Source: Leidyana gryllorum EB-2025a (Eukaryota > Protista > Apicomplexa). Taken from it: a stretch of DNA of 64,000 bases. Below are positions 59,301-64,000 of the stretch, piece by piece. Below the pieces are notes generated by a model that was given only the letters and a program-made list of their open reading frames with translations, ran no database searches and was not told where the DNA came from. The translations under genes and the position numbers were made by a program. Location: positions 125,531 to 189,530 of the forward strand of contig JBLWGC010000092.1 of the NCBI GenBank assembly GCA_048772705.1. The letters run 5' to 3'. The stretch's first letter is position 1, and each line of letters starts with the position of its first letter.

Positions 59301-61102
59301 GTGGTCGCAACTTCCCTGGGACACCGAAAGAGGCCTCCAATGCTGTAACAGAATCGTCGCGCCCGAGTGTAGCTGGCTTAGAGCCTAATGGTTCAGAATG
59401 GCCAGAGCTTTCGAATACTGATGCTGGGTCCGTCGAGGTTTCGGAGGAGAAAGTTGAGGACGTGACCTTGGATGGAGAAACCGGTGTGGCTCCTAGTGAC
59501 AGCGGTCCTGAGGAGCAGGCGGAACAGGAAGTTTTGCCGCACAAAGAGGTCACCGGAAGAGGAAAAGGCGCATTCCAATACCGAGGCCGTCACTTTATTT
59601 GCATTCGCGACCCCTTCGAGAAAGAGCGTACTATAGGGCCTCCCTTCTACTGTCAGTCTCACATCTCCACTGAGATGCTGAGCGCCCTACAAATCTTCGG
59701 ATGGGCGCGGTGCAAAGAAGAGGAAGAGCCTGGCTCGGCCGTGAATCTTATCAAGCAACTGTTTGAGCCGAGAGCTGGACATTCGTATGGTCATATTTAC
59801 CATCCCTTCAGGGAAGCGCTCAAAGAAGTAATCAATGGTATTACCGAGGATGGCGAGTATCCGGATCAAATGTATGCGACAATTGCTGAAATAGTCCGCT
59901 CTCACGGCAATTACAACGGTTTGTTTGATTCGCGACGACCTTTGCCTGTGGTCCAAAACGGCGAGCAACCTGAGCCTACAGGCCGTCAATTGGGACAGCA
60001 GTCCCAGTCTCAGCCACCTCCAAACCGGCGTCAATCTCAGGGAGGAGAGCGACCACCTCCCGGCTTCCATCCGCAAGATTGTGTGGGAGTGTCTGGTTCA
60101 CCGGCTCGTCAAGAGCCTAAGCATCTTGGTGGACGTTCCGCGCATGCCCCTATGGGTCCAGCGAAACGGAACCCGTCTGTGGGGGTGAAGTCTCCATCGG
60201 GTCCGAGTGTGTATGATCGCAGTCGGAGTGGTCAGGGGAGTTCATTGCCTCCGATGAGCAGTCCGGTCGCTCCTGCTTCGGTTGACCAACTTGTGCATCA
60301 ATGTCATCACTTCCAGATGAATTGGGGAGACGAGTCAACACTCGAATTTTTCCCGTCCACCGTCAAGCGTTTTAGGAGCAAAGATCACAGGAATGCCGCA
60401 GAATGGTTAAAGAGTCGCGTTATTTTGTGCGGATGTTCAGAGCAGCGAAGAAGGATTCCAGTGCAACAGAGGCTTCCCGGCGCTGAGATGGATAAGTACG
60501 CTGGGCTGGCTGCCTCCTGTGAAAAGAACATTGGGTATCCAATGAATGCATGGCCATCTAAGATGCCACCGGGACCTAACGTTACGCGGAAACCGGAGGA
60601 AATCAAACTCTTGAATCTCATTCAGGGTAAAACATGCGATGCAGACATGGGTGTAGGACTCAGACGCTGGAATATCGGACCACCAGCAGCAGGGGGAATC
60701 GGACTGGACGTTTATGGCTCCAAACCAGCATCTCAAGGCAGAGTGTCTTCAAGTTCTCGTCATTCTCCCACCGGAGATAATGGACGCGGAGGCGGAGAGG
60801 TCCGGAGGTCTCGCGGCGGTCCATCAAAAGCTTTCGTTGGCACAGGTTCGCCACTGTCTTTCCTTGTGCGCCAACAGAAACGCTTTTTAGTAAACGACGT
60901 TGCGGAGTCGGTGATTCGCGACGAAATGGGTGGAGCCAGACGCTCGATACCCCGTCCCCAGCGACAGAGTGCTCCAGCTGGACACTGGCGTGACAGCGAG
61001 AACGATGACGAACGAGGGGTTGGCGCTCGGAGGCGGGAACAGCACCAGGCGACTCGAGGAAGTGGCAAGCGGGGAGGTAGAGGCCGCGGCGCACCTTCCT
61101 AA
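56353..61102 (+). CDS. Terminal uridylyltransferase / Cid1-family non-canonical ribonucleotidyltransferase, about 1550 aa
   Basis: LYGSAASGFATCHSDVDV, HAYVPIVRI, DCS..GIHNSRLL, IKHWAR..IGDAYSGYLSGYQWTLLVIHYLQ, ELLYGFFEYY, ICIRDPFE; intron 59107-59215. Confidence 0.9.
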
Positions 61103-61998
61103 TCATTCGAGAGTATGCGACAAGGTACGGCCATGGGCGGGCTGCGATAGGGAGGCCAAGATTGTGTATTAACAAATGTATATGCCACTATGTTGGTCAC
61201 AATGACTTCCATGAGCAGGTAGCCCAGAGCGCACTGTTGTATGTAATGGGACAACAGTGTGGACTTGCTGGAGCTGTGGTTGATTTCATCTGCAGATAGG
61301 ACAAACTCAGCTTCAAATGGAATGGCAAAGTCGCGGGATTTCGCAGGCACGGACACGGCTCCTGGTAGTAAAGAGATTGAGGCTGGACCTAGAGCCACGT
61401 AGGCATCCGGGTCGATATCCGCGAAAGGTCGAAGCAGACATCGTACTTCTGTCGTACTATTCTTAATGCGAAGGGCGGAATCGAAGTTGAGTTGAGCAAT
61501 TAATGATGAGGGGTTACTAACTATCAAGTCGAATTGCACTGTGCCGCGCAGGATCTGTCCCCGTTCATCGGCTGGAGAGCTAATGACCACGGCAGATGTA
61601 GAATTCGTCGTTCCACCAACAATTTGCAAGGCCGGCCGCCGGATCATCAGTAAGGTCGCTCCCCCAATCACGAAGCACATCGTCAGCAGAGCCAGTAGAC
61701 TCAGCACTTTGAATATCCAGTTGGCTGCAGCTGAACGTCGCCCCCCCCTTTTCTGTTTCCGATGAAACTCCCAAAGAACATCACCAACTCGCATACCACC
61801 ATCTAGTCCTAGATCAGTGGCCACCACGGCCAATCTCAATCCTTCGCGCCCAAAACTGCCTGATCGCACAAGTCTCTTTTCGACCCTTCCCAGAACAGGC
61901 CCCGATGCCCACCACCACTTTCCACCTCCAATAGGCATCGTGGTGGTCGGGGGCGCCGTTTGCGGGGCGCTGACAGATGCATCGGGTTCAGTCGTCAT
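61099..61998 (-). CDS. Single-pass membrane protein with LEA_2-like beta-sandwich
   Basis: TM helix followed by RRPALQIV, VQFDLIVSNPSS, VSVPAKSR; ATG 61998. Confidence 0.6.
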   Translation of the reverse strand: MTTEPDASVSAPQTAPPTTTMPIGGGKWWWASGPVLGRVEKRLVRSGSFGREGLRLAVVATDLGLDGGMRVGDVLWEFHRKQKRGGRRSAAANWIFKVLSLLALLTMCFVIGGATLLMIRRPALQIVGGTTNSTSAVVISSPADERGQILRGTVQFDLIVSNPSSLIAQLNFDSALRIKNSTTEVRCLLRPFADIDPDAYVALGPASISLLPGAVSVPAKSRDFAIPFEAEFVLSADEINHSSSKSTLLSHYIQQCALGYLLMEVIVTNIVAYTFVNTQSWPPYRSPPMAVPCRILSND

Positions 61999-62628
61999 GC
62001 TGTTTCGCACACGTGTGTGTGTAGTACTAGCCAAAGCTGTCAGTCACGTACTCGGGAACCCCTTCAGTCGACTGCGGAAAGGCAGCTGATGGGCAAGTTG
62101 CAAGAGTACTAGCAGGACGCACAGGACTTTGGTATTGTCGAACAATAGAGTTGCACAGTGATGCAGGTCACACAATGTCGGCTAAATGGCGAAGCCCAGC
62201 TTGTGCGAGAGCCAGAAAACACACCTTTGAACATGGGAAGAAGGGTGTGGTGAGCTCGGGAACTTTTTCCTAAAGGTGGTTAAAAAGGTCACAAGCTTGT
62301 ATTGGAGGTCGCACATTGGCATTTAGAGTGAAGGAACTTTTACTGGGGGTGGGAGTTACAGTGTGGTCGGCACAGAAAAGAAGTGAATTAATGTATGTAT
62401 ATATATATATAAGTATATGTTCAATGCATGGAGGGAGGACGATGGACCCTGCAGTTGGATGATCAATGAGTTAGTGGTTATTCCACTCAGATGAGATGGT
62501 GGGTCGAATCATTGTCATTACTGATCAATCAACTGGGAAAAAAGTCACATCCTGTCAACCTCCGGGCGCTCCGCCGAGCAATTTTGGTTCTGCTCGCTCG
62601 TAATGCTGGAACAAATGGGTTGAGTGAT

Positions 62629-63690
62629 TCAAACCTCCTTGGGCATGGTGTTCTCAATGTCCAGAACAAATCGGAATTTGACATCATTCTTCTTGACACG
62701 TTCAATTGCTTCATTGACGTAGTTTGCGGGGACAGTCTCAATCATCGGGAGGCAGTTTTTCTCAGCACAGAACTTCATCATATCTTCCATCTCAGCGACA
62801 GATCCTACGACAGAGCCAACGATCGACTTCCTCTTCCATATAAGATCAGCAGGGGCCAGGGGCAACTTGACTTGACCTTCAGGCAGGCCGACAGTGCACA
62901 TGACACCGTTGACATCCAAAAGCGAGAGGTAAAGATCGAGGGGTTTGTCGGCAGAGACCGTATCGACGATGAAGTCAAGAGTACCTTCATGTTCCTTGAC
63001 TGACTCAGAATCAGTCGAAATGCAGAAACTGGTAGCCCCCAACTTCCTGGCGAGAGCCTCTTTGCGGGCAGAGGTGGAAATAACGGTGACGGGGTTTCCA
63101 AAGGCGGCTCCGAATTGGATAGCCATATGGCCGAGACCACCACATCCAACCACTCCGATACGTTTTCCCGGCTTGTCCATTCCGAAGTATTTCATCGGAG
63201 ACCAGCAGGTAATACCAGCGCAGAGCAGAGGAGCGGCGTAGTCAAGACCGAAGGATGCAGGGATGGCTACGGTGAACGATTCTGGAGCGACCATCTTGTT
63301 GGCATATCCGCCATAGGTGACTTCACCATCGGGCATTTTCCCCGAGTAGGTGAGGACAACATCCTTGCAGTAGTTCTCGGCTTCCTGCTTGCAGAGTTTG
63401 CAGTTCCGACAGGACCAGATCATGCAGCCAACACCGACTTTGTCGCCAGCCTTGAATCGGGTAACACTCTTACCCACACGAGCAACAACACCAGCGATCT
63501 CATGGCCGGGGACCATGGGATAGAGACTGGCGTTCCAGTCGTTGTCGATCATGTGAATGTCAGTGTGACAGATGCCTGAGTATTTAATGTCGATCTCAAT
63601 GTCGTCATCGCGGAGGTCGCGGACTTCGAATTTCCACAGAGCTAACTTGTCGGAGGCGTTCTGAGCAGCGTAGCCAATGCATTGCACCAT
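62629..63690 (-). CDS. NADP-dependent zinc alcohol dehydrogenase (cinnamyl-ADH/CAD family), intronless
   Basis: GICHTD, YPMVPGHEIAG, GDKVGVG, structural Zn C..C..C.......C, APLLCAGIT, GCGGLGHMA, DVKFRFVLD. Confidence 0.97.
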   Translation of the reverse strand: MVQCIGYAAQNASDKLALWKFEVRDLRDDDIEIDIKYSGICHTDIHMIDNDWNASLYPMVPGHEIAGVVARVGKSVTRFKAGDKVGVGCMIWSCRNCKLCKQEAENYCKDVVLTYSGKMPDGEVTYGGYANKMVAPESFTVAIPASFGLDYAAPLLCAGITCWSPMKYFGMDKPGKRIGVVGCGGLGHMAIQFGAAFGNPVTVISTSARKEALARKLGATSFCISTDSESVKEHEGTLDFIVDTVSADKPLDLYLSLLDVNGVMCTVGLPEGQVKLPLAPADLIWKRKSIVGSVVGSVAEMEDMMKFCAEKNCLPMIETVPANYVNEAIERVKKNDVKFRFVLDIENTMPKEV

Positions 63691-64000
63691 TTTGATTAAT
63701 GTTTCAACAGTGAACAGATGTGTTGGCTCTTGCAATTTATGAAAGACAGCTGAGAGCTACTGTATTCCTGACGATTTAAAAAACCACAGCTTTTTGGGAC
63801 ATGGGACAACACGTCGCGTCTCGCCGCCTCGCCTCGTATCTGAGCCGTCCAGGTGACATGACGAGCCCAGAGGAACCCTACCGTGCGTAAACTCTTTTTC
63901 GTAGACCAGAGACCATAAACGATATAGCTGGACTGACTAACGCCGTTTCACCTCATTCCCCTCAATGGGATCTTACATCTCACAGATGAACACCACCTGG

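Noticed and set aside
1-64000. Alternative genetic code or programmed frameshifts explaining broken ORFs
   Set aside because: Breaks are resolved by canonical short GT-AG introns (except the MUS81 junction); TAA, TAG and TGA all serve as stops.

Overview
Eukaryotic, extremely gene-dense DNA from an apicomplexan (alveolin/IMC pair, ISP-family protein, HT1-type hexose transporter). The roughly balanced GC content and mostly 30-60 nt GT-AG introns suggest a gregarine-like lineage (inference). About 32 protein-coding genes could be reconstructed by hand, many needing splicing across the ORF track; one, PDCD5, is absent from the track. No rRNA, tRNA, CRISPR array or transposase was recognised. The most striking property is architecture. 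Co-directional genes are chained with spacers of -4 to about 46 nt, including prokaryote-style ATGA stop/start overlaps (AKR-like to SRP receptor alpha; farnesyltransferase beta to alveolin). Divergent ATGs lie 20-53 nt apart, and convergent stop codons share bases. This points to operon-like polycistronic units or promoters buried in neighbouring CDSs. Other highlights: an antisense intronless gene of about 600 aa nested in a 2.4 kb bestrophin intron, an apparently split MUS81, a recurrent ACACGCGTGT/CACACGTGTG palindrome confined to non-coding DNA, a TUTase with a His-to-Arg nucleotide-recognition motif, and several bacterial-type or degenerate enzymes. Exon boundaries are manual predictions.
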